45,271 bases of DNA from Peptoniphilus sp. (lineage in GTDB: Bacteria > Bacillota > Clostridia > Tissierellales > Peptoniphilaceae): the NCBI GenBank assembly GCA_030532275.1, contig JAUNLL010000002.1, positions 1 through 45,271 on the forward strand, given 5' to 3'. The position numbers and the translations under genes are program-made. Position 1 is the stretch's first letter. Each line of letters starts with the position of its first letter. Below, piece after piece: positions 17,131-27,966 of the stretch. Below the pieces are notes generated by a model, which saw only the letters and a list, made by a program, of their open reading frames with translations, was not told where the DNA came from and made no database searches.

Positions 17131-18393
17131 CTATTGTAGATCTTTGTAGACAATATTTCCTCTGCAAATAGTATATTTGATTTTTCCGGGGAGTTTTTCT
17201 CCTATATAGGGAGAATTTTTAGACTTTGAAGAAAAATCTCCCACGATGTATTCCTCTTTGTCATCAAAAATAACTATATCTGCCAAGGATCCTTCAATTA
17301 AATTACCGGCATTTAAATTGTATAGCATAGCAGGATTTACGGTCATCTTTGCCAATAGCTCCGAAAGGGTCAAGTGTCCCTCATTGACTAAATTTTTAAT
17401 GCCTAACCCAATGGCTGTTTCAAGTCCGATTATCCCAGAGGGTGCCTTTGTGAATTCCACATTTTTTTCTTCCTCTGTGTGTGGTGCGTGGTCAGTTGCG
17501 ATTATCTCAATGGTATTGTCCTTTAATCCCTCTATTATGCCCAGTCTGTCCTCTTCCGTCCTCAAGGGGGGATTCATCTTTGCAAGAGTGCCCTTTTCCC
17601 TTAGGAGTTCTTCTGTGGAGGAAAAATGGTGTGGTGTAACTTCGGCAAAGAGATTTGCACCTCTTTTTTTGTAGTATCTCACCAGTTCCACTCCGCCCTT
17701 TGATGAAATATGTTGAATATCCACCTTTGCTCCCGTTCTCAGCGACAAAAGTCCGTCCCTTGCTATCATCACTTCCTCCGACAGAGCGGGAGAACCGTAC
17801 AGACCCATTTCTTCCGAGACTTCTCCGTGATTTATTCCGTTTTCAACATTTAAGTAGGGACTTTCCTCATGGAAGGATAGGGGTACCTTTAATTTTTCCG
17901 CTCTCTCCATACCTTCTATTACCAACTTCAAGTTCATATTTGGAATTCCGTCATCGGAGAAACCCACAGCGCCCTTTTCGATTAAATTCTCCATGTCCAC
18001 AAGCTCTTCACCGCCTAAATTCTTGGTCAAGGATGCCACCGTGTGAACATTTATGGGAGATTTTTCGGCTTTTTTCAAAAATTCCTTGAGGACTTCTTCG
18101 CTATCCATGGCAGGTCTTGTATTTGCCATACACACCACGGAGGTATAGCCGCCCCTTGCCGCCGCATTAGAACCCGTGAGCAAATCCTCCTTGTGAGTGA
18201 AGCCGGGATCTCTGAAGTGGACATGCACATCCACAAAGCCCGGAGCTGCGATCAATCCTGTTCCGTCTATGGTATTTTCCTCTGTCCTATCTATCTTACC
18301 TATGGTTTTTATCCTATCTCCCTCCAATAGGATATCGGTCACTTCGTCAGTGTCCGTTGCGGGATTTATAAGTCTTATATTTTTAATTAACAT
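17131..18393 (-). CDS. pyrC: Dihydroorotase
   Basis: DVHVHFRDPG, MANT.P, EVTPHH, KMNPPLR, ATDHAPH. Confidence 0.93.
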   Translation of the reverse strand: MLIKNIRLINPATDTDEVTDILLEGDRIKTIGKIDRTEENTIDGTGLIAAPGFVDVHVHFRDPGFTHKEDLLTGSNAAARGGYTSVVCMANTRPAMDSEEVLKEFLKKAEKSPINVHTVASLTKNLGGEELVDMENLIEKGAVGFSDDGIPNMNLKLVIEGMERAEKLKVPLSFHEESPYLNVENGINHGEVSEEMGLYGSPALSEEVMIARDGLLSLRTGAKVDIQHISSKGGVELVRYYKKRGANLFAEVTPHHFSSTEELLREKGTLAKMNPPLRTEEDRLGIIEGLKDNTIEIIATDHAPHTEEEKNVEFTKAPSGIIGLETAIGLGIKNLVNEGHLTLSELLAKMTVNPAMLYNLNAGNLIEGSLADIVIFDDKEEYIVGDFSSKSKNSPYIGEKLPGKIKYTICRGNIVYKDLQ

Positions 18394-18716
18394 TTTCACA
18401 CCTCATGTATATTATAAGGCATAGAAAGATGTAAAACAAAAGCATTTAACAATCTTTTCAAATTATTTGCACTTAGTCTAAAAGAGGAAAAATATTTTTG
18501 AAATCTTTGTCACTGCCTAAAAACTCAAAATTTATAAAATGCCATGACAAAAGTTCTAAGCAGTCCTAAATTTTAAAAATGCTTTTCTAAAGTATCAAAT
18601 TATACCAATAGCTATTTTTATAAAATATACTTATTTCGTTGATTTTACTAAGAATTTATGGTACTTTCATATCTGTAAATAAATTAATTGTTTTGTTGAG
18701 ATCTCATGGAGGTAGT

Positions 18717-19382
18717 ATGGCGGAATTTAGTATATATGATGTACTTGGACCCATAATGGTGGGGCCCAGTTCTTCTCATACGGCGGGAGCTTGCAGAATT
18801 GCTCAAGTGGCCCTCAAGATATGCGGAAGAGATTTTAAAAGCGTAGAGTTCATTCTTCACGGATCCTTTGCGGCAACTTACAAAGGACATGGCACGGACA
18901 AAGCACTTCTTGGAGGAATTCAAGGTTTTGACACCTATGACGACCGCATAAGATATTCCTTTGAATATGCGGAAGAAGCGGGAATCAAATATTCTTTCAA
19001 GACTGCCGATCTGGGAGAAGAGTACCATCCCAACACGGTGAAGATAGTTTTTCACTATGATGACAGAGATGAGTATGTAATAGGCAGCTCCATAGGTGGA
19101 GGAGTGATGGAAATTGTAAATATAAACGGAATTGCCCTTAGATTCAGAGGCGAGTTTCCCGTTATATTGCTCCAATATCCTGAACAAAAGGGAGTTATCG
19201 CCTATGTGTCTTCAGTATTGTTATCAAGCAATTATAATATAGAATCCATAAATACTGACAAGGACACACTGAAGAACATAGTGACATTGACCGTTGAAAT
19301 CGACAAAAACTTAGCGGAAAATTTAAAACCTGCAATAATTGGCAGCGATAGATTTACTTTTTCCAAGTATGTAGAGGTGTAG
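18717..19382 (+). CDS. sdaAB: L-serine dehydratase, Fe-S dependent, beta subunit
   Basis: GPIMVGPSSSHTAGA, GSFA.TY.GHGTD, SIGGG and a C-terminal ACT-like region. Confidence 0.93.
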   Translation: MAEFSIYDVLGPIMVGPSSSHTAGACRIAQVALKICGRDFKSVEFILHGSFAATYKGHGTDKALLGGIQGFDTYDDRIRYSFEYAEEAGIKYSFKTADLGEEYHPNTVKIVFHYDDRDEYVIGSSIGGGVMEIVNINGIALRFRGEFPVILLQYPEQKGVIAYVSSVLLSSNYNIESINTDKDTLKNIVTLTVEIDKNLAENLKPAIIGSDRFTFSKYVEV

Positions 19383-19383
19383 T

Positions 19384-20265
19384 ATGTTAAATAAAGCTGA
19401 AGAAATAATAGAATACTGCGAAAAAAACGACTGTCATATCTATGATTTAGTTCTTGATTATGAAATGAAAGTTTTAAAGAAGAGCGAAGAGGAAATCAGA
19501 TCTTACATAGATGAAATCATATCCATAATGGAAGGCTCAGCCACGAGATATTTGGAAGATCAGACGGAAACTCAATACAAAATGATTGATGGATTTTCAA
19601 AATTGACCTATGCCTATGCGCAAAACAAAGAACCCATAATGGGAGAGTTTGCGACAAAAGCCATGGCAATGGCCTTTTCCACATCGGAAGTCAACGGCTC
19701 CATGGGAAAAATAGCGGCGGCACCCACTGCCGGTTCCTCGGGAATAATGCCGGCGATGTTGGTATCGGCGAAGGAAAGATACAACTTCGACCAGAGGACT
19801 TTGCAAAATGGATTTTTGACATCGGTGGGAATAGGGCAAGTCATCGGAAAGTACGCAACCTTTGCCGGAGCTGAGGGAGGTTGTCAAGCTGAATGCGGTT
19901 CAGCATCGGCTATGGCGGCATCGGCTTTGACGGAAATGCTTGGCGGAACACCGGAACAGGCTCTTACTGCTGCAAGCATCACTCTCATAAATGTAATGGG
20001 TCTTGTGTGCGATCCCATAGCAGGACTGGTGCAATATCCCTGCACCTTTAGAAATGCTTCGGGAGTTATAAATGCATTCATATCCACGGATCTTGCCCTT
20101 GCAGGCGTTAAATCCATAGTTCCCTTTGAAGAAGTGGTTCAAGCCATGAAGGAAGTGGGAGATAAAATGGATGTCAGCTTGAGAGAAACAGGTCTTGGCG
20201 GAATTGCAGGCACAAAGACAGGTCAATGCATCAGAAAAAATTTTTTAAACATAAAAGGAGAATAA
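19384..20265 (+). CDS. sdaAA: L-serine dehydratase, Fe-S dependent, alpha subunit
   Basis: AAPTAGSSG, GAEGGCQAE, GLVCDP..GLVQ.PC, LRET..GG. Confidence 0.93.
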   Translation: MLNKAEEIIEYCEKNDCHIYDLVLDYEMKVLKKSEEEIRSYIDEIISIMEGSATRYLEDQTETQYKMIDGFSKLTYAYAQNKEPIMGEFATKAMAMAFSTSEVNGSMGKIAAAPTAGSSGIMPAMLVSAKERYNFDQRTLQNGFLTSVGIGQVIGKYATFAGAEGGCQAECGSASAMAASALTEMLGGTPEQALTAASITLINVMGLVCDPIAGLVQYPCTFRNASGVINAFISTDLALAGVKSIVPFEEVVQAMKEVGDKMDVSLRETGLGGIAGTKTGQCIRKNFLNIKGE

Positions 20266-20266
20266 T

Positions 20267-21487
20267 ATGTCAGAATCAAGCAAAAAATTCAAATTGGGAC
20301 TTATTCCCAAACTAATTATCGCAATATTATTGGGTACGCTTGTGGGATACTACTTGCCCGCCCCTGTAATCCAAGCAATAGTTACAGTATCATCGCTTTT
20401 CGGAAAATTTTTGAACTTCATAATACCCCTTATGATAATCGCCTTTGTATCTAAGGGAATTGCGGACTTGTCCGAAGGAGCAGGAAAGCTGTTGTTGGTA
20501 ACTCTTGTGTTGGCCTACGGTTCAACTTTAATCGCAGGAACTCTATCCTACACCATGGCTTCAAACATATTTCCCAGCTTTATATCACAACAAATGGTAC
20601 AGGATATTCAAAATGCCAGCGAAAGAACCCTTGAACCTCTTTTCCAAATACCGCTTAATTCCTTCATAGATGTAACGGCAGCCTTGGTACTTGCTTTCAT
20701 CATGGGACTTGCAGTATCGGTACTCAGACAAAAGGGATCGGGAAAAACCTTTTATGCACTTATAAATGAATTTAATGAAATAATAGTAATGGTCCTTTCA
20801 AAGGCGATAATACCCCTACTGCCATTGTACATATTCGGAAACTTCGCAAACATGGCATACTCAGGATCTGTCTTTGCAATCTTGTCCATATTCATAAGAA
20901 TATTCGCTTGCATCATACTGCTTCACATCGTCTACCTGTTTATCATGTTCTTGATTGCAGGTGTGTATACGGGCAAAAACCCCATCACTTCCTTCAAAAA
21001 GGCCACTCCTGCATACTTCACAGCTGTGGGAACACAATCAAGTGCTGCGACCATACCTGTAAATATAAACTGCAACAAAAACATAGGAGTTTCAAAACAA
21101 ATAAGGGACTTTGTAATACCCCTTTGTGCGACTTGTCATATGCCGGGATCTATGATCACACTTATATCCTGCGTGTTCACACTTTTGCACATGTATGATA
21201 TGCCCCACGGATATGGACTTATAGTCAGATTCATAGCAATATTGGGCATAGCCATGGTAGCGGCTCCCGGAGCGCCGGGTGGAGCGGTAATGAGTGCTCT
21301 TCCCTTCCTGCCGGTAATTGGCGTTGCAACGGAAAGCCCCATAGCTACAATACTTATTTCACTTTATTTGACACAGGACAGCTTCGGAACAGCGGCAAAT
21401 GTCACAGGCGACAATGCAATATCCATGGCTGTTGAAAAAATCTACTACAAACACATAGTAAAAAGACCCATTCCCGTAGAGGAATAG
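20267..21487 (+). CDS. Dicarboxylate/amino acid:cation symporter (probably serine uptake)
   Basis: TQSSAATIP, APGAPGG and DSFGTA.NVTGD motifs. The substrate is inferred from co-location with sdaAB-sdaAA. Confidence 0.85.
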   Translation: MSESSKKFKLGLIPKLIIAILLGTLVGYYLPAPVIQAIVTVSSLFGKFLNFIIPLMIIAFVSKGIADLSEGAGKLLLVTLVLAYGSTLIAGTLSYTMASNIFPSFISQQMVQDIQNASERTLEPLFQIPLNSFIDVTAALVLAFIMGLAVSVLRQKGSGKTFYALINEFNEIIVMVLSKAIIPLLPLYIFGNFANMAYSGSVFAILSIFIRIFACIILLHIVYLFIMFLIAGVYTGKNPITSFKKATPAYFTAVGTQSSAATIPVNINCNKNIGVSKQIRDFVIPLCATCHMPGSMITLISCVFTLLHMYDMPHGYGLIVRFIAILGIAMVAAPGAPGGAVMSALPFLPVIGVATESPIATILISLYLTQDSFGTAANVTGDNAISMAVEKIYYKHIVKRPIPVEE

Positions 21488-21492
21488 GAAAC

Positions 21493-21531
21493 AAAACCGG
21501 TCAAGGTTGTATCAACTTGACCGGTTTTTTT
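21493..21531. terminator. Bidirectional terminator
   Basis: AAAACCGGTCAAG / CTTGACCGGTTTT stem. Confidence 0.8.
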
Positions 21532-21552
21532 ATGGACACATTTAAAGGCAGC

Positions 21553-22287
21553 CTATCTCCACCATGTAAAAAATAAATATAATATCATATATATGACTAC
21601 CTGATGCAGCAGGTAGATGACAAGGGAGTGCCTACCGATTTTCGACAATATATTTTCTCTTCCATATATTCCGAAGAAATCATTTTTCTTTAAGTACAAT
21701 CCCAGAAAATATCCAAAGTGGTATATGAATACCCAGGGAATCAAGGGAAAGTAGTCCGAAGATGTAAATTCACGAGAGGGAAATCCAAGAAAAAACAAGT
21801 TGTGTTCATAGAGCGTTTCACTCACGGGTATTTCAGCGAAGAATAAATTCACAACTCCCGAGGATATAGAATAAAATATCAGAAAAAGGACAAGAAATAT
21901 CGGCGCTAAAAATCTTTCATCAAAGCCTCCCAAGGCTTTTGCGGAGAAGTATAAAATTATCATTGAGGCGCCAAGGCCGCTTAACACGCCGAAGACTATC
22001 CTTTCGTCGGGGATAGCCACGGAAGTGACAAGAGTGATCAAAATTCCCAAAAGAGTTAAGATCAATCCTCTCTTCAACAACTTGCCTCTTTCGCTGAGAG
22101 TTGCCGAAATACCTGATATTGTGAAGAAACTCACAGCTATGGATATTTGCCAAGGTCTTACATTTTCTATGGTGTAAAAGGAAATATCACAATTGAAGAT
22201 ATACACCAAGTCGTAAAAGAGGTGGTACAGTACCATGGACACTATGGTAAACCCTCTGAAACTGTCAAGGCTGTGAACTCTTTTCAT
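21553..22287 (-). CDS. DUF1624 / heparan-alpha-glucosaminide N-acetyltransferase-like membrane protein
   Basis: R..SLD.FRG...V.M..YH, DYFPLIPW, GRHSL.IYLLHQ. Confidence 0.8.
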   Translation of the reverse strand: MKRVHSLDSFRGFTIVSMVLYHLFYDLVYIFNCDISFYTIENVRPWQISIAVSFFTISGISATLSERGKLLKRGLILTLLGILITLVTSVAIPDERIVFGVLSGLGASMIILYFSAKALGGFDERFLAPIFLVLFLIFYSISSGVVNLFFAEIPVSETLYEHNLFFLGFPSREFTSSDYFPLIPWVFIYHFGYFLGLYLKKNDFFGIYGRENILSKIGRHSLVIYLLHQVVIYMILYLFFTWWR

Positions 22288-23129
22288 AGGTCATGCCTCA
22301 AGGATTTGAGCAGTTTTATTTCTTCTCCGTGACCTGCGTTGTCGTTGGGAGTTTCCAAGAAAAAGGGTAAGTGTCTTAATTTTTCGTGGTTTATTATCCT
22401 TTCAAAGGCTTCAAGTCCAATATGGCCTTCTCCGATTTTCGCATGGCGATCCTTTTTTGAACCCTTGGGTGTCATGCTATCGTTTAAGTGAAGGGCTAAG
22501 AGTTTTTCCAAGCCTATGATTTCATCAAATTCCTTCAGAACTCCATCTAAGTCCTCTACTATATCGTACCCTACGGAATAGACGTGGCAGGTGTCCAAAC
22601 ACACGCCCAAGTATTCATTGAGATGCACTCCATCCATGATTTTTTTAATCTCCTCAAATCGGGAACCCACTTCCGTGCCTTTTCCGCTCATGGTTTCCAA
22701 GAGGACAGTGCTTTTCATACCCTCAAAGAGAGAGTTGTTTAGCAACTGGGATATTTCATCTATGGCGATGTCTGTTCCCTTGCCCAAGTGATTGCCCGGG
22801 TGGAAGTTGTACAGATTGCCGGGGAAGTATTCCATTTTATTCAAGTCATCTTTCATGACCTCCAAGGCGAATTCCCTGACGTATTCTTTGTCTGAAGAGG
22901 GATTTAAGGTGTAGGGAGCATGGACTAAAAAGACCTTGAAATTATTTTCTTCCATGAGTTGCAGAAGTCTTTGGGCATCTTCGGGATCGAATTTTTTAGA
23001 TTTTGATCCTCTGGGATTTCTCATGAAAAACTGAAAGGTATTTGAATTTATTTCTTCTGAATATTTGAACAATCCGCTGAAACCTTTGTCGAAGGATTGA
23101 TGTGCGCCTATTATAAATTGATCTTGCAT
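22284..23129 (-). CDS. nfo: Endonuclease IV
   Basis: IGAH, HAPY.LN, FHPG, LETM.GKG.E.G, DTCH, HLNDS, DRH, LETP. Confidence 0.95.
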   Translation of the reverse strand: MQDQFIIGAHQSFDKGFSGLFKYSEEINSNTFQFFMRNPRGSKSKKFDPEDAQRLLQLMEENNFKVFLVHAPYTLNPSSDKEYVREFALEVMKDDLNKMEYFPGNLYNFHPGNHLGKGTDIAIDEISQLLNNSLFEGMKSTVLLETMSGKGTEVGSRFEEIKKIMDGVHLNEYLGVCLDTCHVYSVGYDIVEDLDGVLKEFDEIIGLEKLLALHLNDSMTPKGSKKDRHAKIGEGHIGLEAFERIINHEKLRHLPFFLETPNDNAGHGEEIKLLKSLRHDL

Positions 23130-23202
23130 AAAAACCTCACTAATACTTTAACTAAAAAAATATTTTTCTATTTGTTATAATATACCCATAGGAGGAATAG
23201 TT

Positions 23203-23889
23203 ATGATGGGAAAAATTTTAGTCGTTGACGACGAAAAATCAATTGCTGAAATAATTGAATACAATTTGAAGAGAGAAGGATATGAGGTTACATTGGCCCA
23301 TGACGGACAGGAAGCCTTGGATATATTTAAAGATAAAAACTTCGATCTGATCATCTTGGATATAATGATGCCGAAACTAGACGGTTTTTCCGTGTTGAAG
23401 GAAGTGCGAAAATCTTCCGGTGTCCCCGTGATAATGCTCACGGCAAAACAAGAGGAAGTGGACAAGATATTGGGTCTTGAATTGGGAGCTGATGACTATG
23501 TGGTGAAGCCCTTTTCCATGAGAGAGTTAATAGCTAGGATAAAGGCTATTTTAAGGAGAAACGGACTGGAAAGCGAAGGGGTGAAGTCCAATATCTTGGA
23601 AGTGGGAGATCTTAAAATCGACATGGACAAGTACGAGATAAAGAAGAAGAACAAGGAGATAAATTTGACCTTGAGAGAGTATGAACTTCTCAAGTACCTA
23701 ATTGAGAGAATGGGGCAAGTGGTGTCCAGAGAGGAGCTTTTGGACAAGGTGTGGGACTATGAATACTACGGAGATATAAGAACCGTGGACGTCACCATAA
23801 GAAGACTTAGAGAAAAAATCGAAGACAAGGGCAAGGATTACAAATATATTTTGACAAAACGTGGAGTGGGATATTATTTCGGGGGATAA
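23203..23889 (+). CDS. walR: OmpR-family response regulator WalR (YycF)
   Basis: Receiver plus winged-helix domains, VWDYEYYGDIRTVDVT.RRLREKIE; followed by a kinase and yycH/yycI-like genes. Confidence 0.88.
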   Translation: MMGKILVVDDEKSIAEIIEYNLKREGYEVTLAHDGQEALDIFKDKNFDLIILDIMMPKLDGFSVLKEVRKSSGVPVIMLTAKQEEVDKILGLELGADDYVVKPFSMRELIARIKAILRRNGLESEGVKSNILEVGDLKIDMDKYEIKKKNKEINLTLREYELLKYLIERMGQVVSREELLDKVWDYEYYGDIRTVDVTIRRLREKIEDKGKDYKYILTKRGVGYYFGG

Positions 23890-23892
23890 GAG

Positions 23893-25668
23893 ATGTTTAA
23901 CAGCATTAGATATAGATTTATAATTATATATCTGCTTTTGGTTCTCATATGCATGGCAATAGTGGGTGCCTTTATAATAAACAGACTTGAAGTTGTGCAG
24001 ATTGACAGCATAACAAATCAAATGCAGCAAACTCTTCAATCCATTGAAAATACTGCGGGGTTTTTGTCTGAAGAGGAGTGGAATGAAAAAGATGCAGAGA
24101 TATACAATACTCTGTCGGCTTGGAAAATATCGCAAAACGATACGATCTATGCCATCTCCGAAAACAACGACATACCGGAGATAGTCAGTTCCACCGCCAA
24201 TGCGAAGATAGGGGGCAGATCCGCCCTTTCCCATAAATCTCTGGAGCCCAGTTTGATATTGAGCGCACTCAAGGGAGAAGAATCGGAAACCGTAGTCTTG
24301 GGTGAAATAGATGATTTAAATTCAAAGCATATAGCCAAACCCATATTCTCCTCCGAGGGAGATGTGAAGGGAATACTCTACATGACTTCAAATTTATCGG
24401 AGGTCTATCAGGTTGTGGACAAGGCACGTTCCATACTGACCAATGCCACGGGAATCGCCTTGGTCATAACGGCTGTATTGGGATACTTCATAGCAAGTTC
24501 CATCACCGAACCCATAAGGGATGTCACCAAGAAGGCATCGGCAATGGCAAAGGGCGACTTCGATCAAAAGGTAGAAGTCAAATCCGATGACGAGATAGGA
24601 AACTTGGGGCATATGTTCAACTACTTGACCGATGAGCTGAAATCCACAATATCACAGATGGAGTTGGAGAAGTCGAAGCTCAACACCATATTTAACTACA
24701 TGGCCGAAGGAGTCCTTGCCATAAACAGAAAGGGATACATGATTCACGCAAATCCCATAGCCAGAAATATTTTAGATTTAGATGAGGACTACATAGAAAA
24801 GCAATTCGACCTTTCGAAGTTGAATATAAAGGTGGATTACAACGTGCTTTCAACTCTGGAGGGAGAAAGTCAGGTGCCCATAAAGGGTGAATTTTACAAG
24901 ATAAAGTATGCGCCTTACAGACTTAAAAATTACTTTGATTTGGGAATTATCGTGGTGCTTCAAGACATCACCAAGGAGCACGCCCTTGAAACCATGCGAA
25001 AGGAATTTGTAGCCAATGTGTCCCATGAGCTTAAAACTCCCATTACTTCCATAAAATCCTACACCGAAACCCTATTGGACAGCGGCAATTTTACAGAACA
25101 GGACAGAAAATTCCTCGACGTGATAAACAAGGAAAACAACAGAATGTCATCCATAGTGACGGATTTGCTGCAACTTTCCGATATAGATTACAAATCCTAC
25201 GCCTTTAAGTACGAGCCCATAGACACCTATGATGCCATAAGCAGCGTACTGGAGAGCTTGGAACTATTCATAAAAGAAAAGAAGCACAGAATAAAATTGG
25301 ATGTGGATATGGATATAAAGGATATTTTTGCAGACAGAAACAGCTTGGACAGAATATTGATAAACATAATTTCCAATGCGGTTAAATACACCGACGACAG
25401 AGGAAGAATAAGGATATCTGCCACATCAGATGAAGCCTATGTAAAAATTTCCGTGGAGGACAACGGAATAGGAATACCGCAAAAGGATATGGACAGAATT
25501 TTCGAGAGATTTTACAGAGTTGAAAAATCCCGCTCAAGGGAAATGGGCGGTACGGGTCTTGGACTTGCAATAGCCAAGGAACTCACGGAACTTATGAAGG
25601 GCAGTCTGAAACTCAGCTCTCGCTACGGAGAGGGAACGACTGTCACCATAAGGTTAAGAGCCTGTTAG
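23893..25668 (+). CDS. walK: Sensor histidine kinase WalK (YycG)
   Basis: Two TM helices, HAMP, PAS (YMAEGV.A), EFVANVSHELKTP and HATPase GGTGLGL. Confidence 0.88.
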   Translation: MFNSIRYRFIIIYLLLVLICMAIVGAFIINRLEVVQIDSITNQMQQTLQSIENTAGFLSEEEWNEKDAEIYNTLSAWKISQNDTIYAISENNDIPEIVSSTANAKIGGRSALSHKSLEPSLILSALKGEESETVVLGEIDDLNSKHIAKPIFSSEGDVKGILYMTSNLSEVYQVVDKARSILTNATGIALVITAVLGYFIASSITEPIRDVTKKASAMAKGDFDQKVEVKSDDEIGNLGHMFNYLTDELKSTISQMELEKSKLNTIFNYMAEGVLAINRKGYMIHANPIARNILDLDEDYIEKQFDLSKLNIKVDYNVLSTLEGESQVPIKGEFYKIKYAPYRLKNYFDLGIIVVLQDITKEHALETMRKEFVANVSHELKTPITSIKSYTETLLDSGNFTEQDRKFLDVINKENNRMSSIVTDLLQLSDIDYKSYAFKYEPIDTYDAISSVLESLELFIKEKKHRIKLDVDMDIKDIFADRNSLDRILINIISNAVKYTDDRGRIRISATSDEAYVKISVEDNGIGIPQKDMDRIFERFYRVEKSRSREMGGTGLGLAIAKELTELMKGSLKLSSRYGEGTTVTIRLRAC

Positions 25669-25676
25669 GTGGTAAA

Positions 25677-27023
25677 ATGAAAAAGAAAATCACGCTTAAC
25701 TTCATATTGGTATTTTTGGTGTTGCTGACCATCCTACAAGCAGGTGCTCTGTGGATACAGTTGTCATCGAAAAGTGAAGGGAAGAGAAGGGCGCAAAATG
25801 AAGATGCATCCTATTTTAAAACCATGCTAAGACCTGAAAAGGCGGTAATCAACTTTTCGGGCTACGACCACACTCTTCTCTATGATTGCAGAGATATCTA
25901 TGACAGATACAGAGATTTGATAATTGAAACCTTGGGAAAGACATCTGTGGAAGAGATGATTTTGCTATCCACGGAAGAATACATGGACTTGATGAAAAAA
26001 AGCTCCATAGTATTTCAATTCAATGATGATATAGAGGGAAATATTTTTGCCAACTTCACGGGACTGGGGGCCGTGAACTCTCAAGAGAACAGTCAACTGA
26101 GAGAGATCTATCTTTCCAATGAGGAAGTGGCAATATCCATGGATGAAAAACACTACTATGTGAATATCCAAGGAGTGGAGGGACTGGAAAGCGAAATAAT
26201 ATCCCTAAAGAACACCGAATACGATCCCTATTTAAATTTTAAGGAACTATACGATATAGACAAAAATATATACTTTCCCGCAAGAAATCAATTCTTGGTG
26301 GACAGGGTATTTTATATGTCAAATATCGACAATATGAATGATGTATACAGACAAAATATAGTTGAGAGATTTTTGTCCATGGATATAGAATACGTCAATC
26401 AGATAACTCAATCGGAGGAAACCATCTATGCCTTCGGGCAAAAATACCTGAAGTTCAGCAATGACGGAACCATAGAATACGTCAACAACGAGGAATTTTC
26501 ATCACAGAATTTAAATCTCTACACGTCGCTGAACACCGGCATAAATTTCATAATATCCATACTGGGTTCAGCTGAAAACCTAAGAGTTGTGGGCATAGAA
26601 AAACTGGATGAAGCAGGCAACATGGGATATAGGATATTCTTCAACTATATTGAGGACAACATAACGGTCTATCCTCACAGGGAGGATAAAAAAAGCTACT
26701 TGGAAGTGGAAGTCTATTCCAACCATGTAAAATCCTTTAAACAGCTGTATAGAAGGAGAGTGGAAACTCATTCAACTGTGGAGGAAGTCCAAAGCATAAT
26801 GTACTTGGACAGAATTGTGGACAGAAATATCGAGAAATTCGTACCCAGTTCCAATGAGAAATCCCTCAGAGAAATCCTCGGCAAAATAACATCCATAAGC
26901 ACGGTCTACATAGACGATATGAAGCCGGGCAGCACGGCATTGCTGCCTGCCTTGAAGATAAATTATGAAGGAAGACAACTTTATTTTTCGCTGAAAAGCG
27001 GAAGATTTTTAATGGAGATATGA
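25677..27023 (+). CDS. yycH: YycH-like WalK regulatory protein
   Basis: N-terminal TM anchor, large extracellular domain, size and position after walK. Confidence 0.7.
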   Translation: MKKKITLNFILVFLVLLTILQAGALWIQLSSKSEGKRRAQNEDASYFKTMLRPEKAVINFSGYDHTLLYDCRDIYDRYRDLIIETLGKTSVEEMILLSTEEYMDLMKKSSIVFQFNDDIEGNIFANFTGLGAVNSQENSQLREIYLSNEEVAISMDEKHYYVNIQGVEGLESEIISLKNTEYDPYLNFKELYDIDKNIYFPARNQFLVDRVFYMSNIDNMNDVYRQNIVERFLSMDIEYVNQITQSEETIYAFGQKYLKFSNDGTIEYVNNEEFSSQNLNLYTSLNTGINFIISILGSAENLRVVGIEKLDEAGNMGYRIFFNYIEDNITVYPHREDKKSYLEVEVYSNHVKSFKQLYRRRVETHSTVEEVQSIMYLDRIVDRNIEKFVPSSNEKSLREILGKITSISTVYIDDMKPGSTALLPALKINYEGRQLYFSLKSGRFLMEI

Positions 27024-27024
27024 G

Positions 27025-27876
27025 ATGGATTGGGCAAAATCTAAAATAATTTTAATTATAGCGCTTATAATTACAAATATTATTTTATTCACATATATAT
27101 TAAACGACTACAATGCACGTCAGGACAAAACTCTGTCCAAGGAATTCATCGGCAAAACCGTGCAGCTGTTGGAAGATGAGGGAATAAAACTGGACACGCA
27201 CATACCCACGAGCAAGTCCAAACTGCCCTCTCTCCTTGTGGAATTTGAAAGCTATGACAAAAAGGACCTAAATGAAAAATTCTTTGCACGAAATGGCAAA
27301 ATAGAAGATCCCAACAGCGAATTCACTCAAATAACCTTCAACACGGAAACTCTAAGCATAATAAACACCAGAAGAATTATCTACGAAAATTCCATGAAGA
27401 TAACGCAGAAAAAAGAAGTGGATTTTGCGCAGGCGCAGGAGCTGGCGAAGATATTTCTCATGGATAGAGGATTTAACGTTCAAAATATGCAGTGCAATTA
27501 TTTTGAAGAGGAGGACAACGTCTTTCGCTTGAGTTTTTCAAAACTCTACGAGGGCGTGGTCATAGAGAGATCCTATACCAACTTCGTAATAGACAACGGA
27601 GTGGTCACATCAATGGACAGACTTTGGATAGATGTGAAAAACAAGTCGCAAAATGAAATATATCTCAGTTCAGCACCTAAATCCCTTTTAAGACTTTTGG
27701 AGGACAGCTCCGATTATTACAACAGCACCATCACCAGCATAAAGGAGTGTTACTATTTCGACCCCGAAGAACAGGGATATGTAGATGATATCACAAGGGT
27801 AATGCAGGGAAGAGCCATACCTGCCTGGAGAATACAGTTTGACGACGGAACCAATACTGTGGTGAACAGTTTTTAA
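27025..27876 (+). CDS. yycI: YycI-like WalK regulatory protein
   Basis: MDWAKSK.I.I...L..N N-terminus, IPAWRI C-terminus and synteny. Confidence 0.85.
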   Translation: MDWAKSKIILIIALIITNIILFTYILNDYNARQDKTLSKEFIGKTVQLLEDEGIKLDTHIPTSKSKLPSLLVEFESYDKKDLNEKFFARNGKIEDPNSEFTQITFNTETLSIINTRRIIYENSMKITQKKEVDFAQAQELAKIFLMDRGFNVQNMQCNYFEEEDNVFRLSFSKLYEGVVIERSYTNFVIDNGVVTSMDRLWIDVKNKSQNEIYLSSAPKSLLRLLEDSSDYYNSTITSIKECYYFDPEEQGYVDDITRVMQGRAIPAWRIQFDDGTNTVVNSF

Positions 27877-27908
27877 CTCTTAAAACAAATTCCGTCTATG
27901 GCGCTGAG

Positions 27909-27945
27909 AAAAAAAATCCCCCGAACATAAAAGTCGGGGTTTTTC
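27909..27945. terminator. Bidirectional terminator
   Basis: A-run, CCCCGA / TCGGGG stem, then T-run. Confidence 0.65.
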
Positions 27946-27966
27946 TATGCAAATTCCATATTGTGA

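Noticed and set aside
18440-18640. CodY-like boxes or imperfect repeats upstream of sdaAB
   Set aside because: The matches are too degenerate for such AT-rich sequence to support a call.
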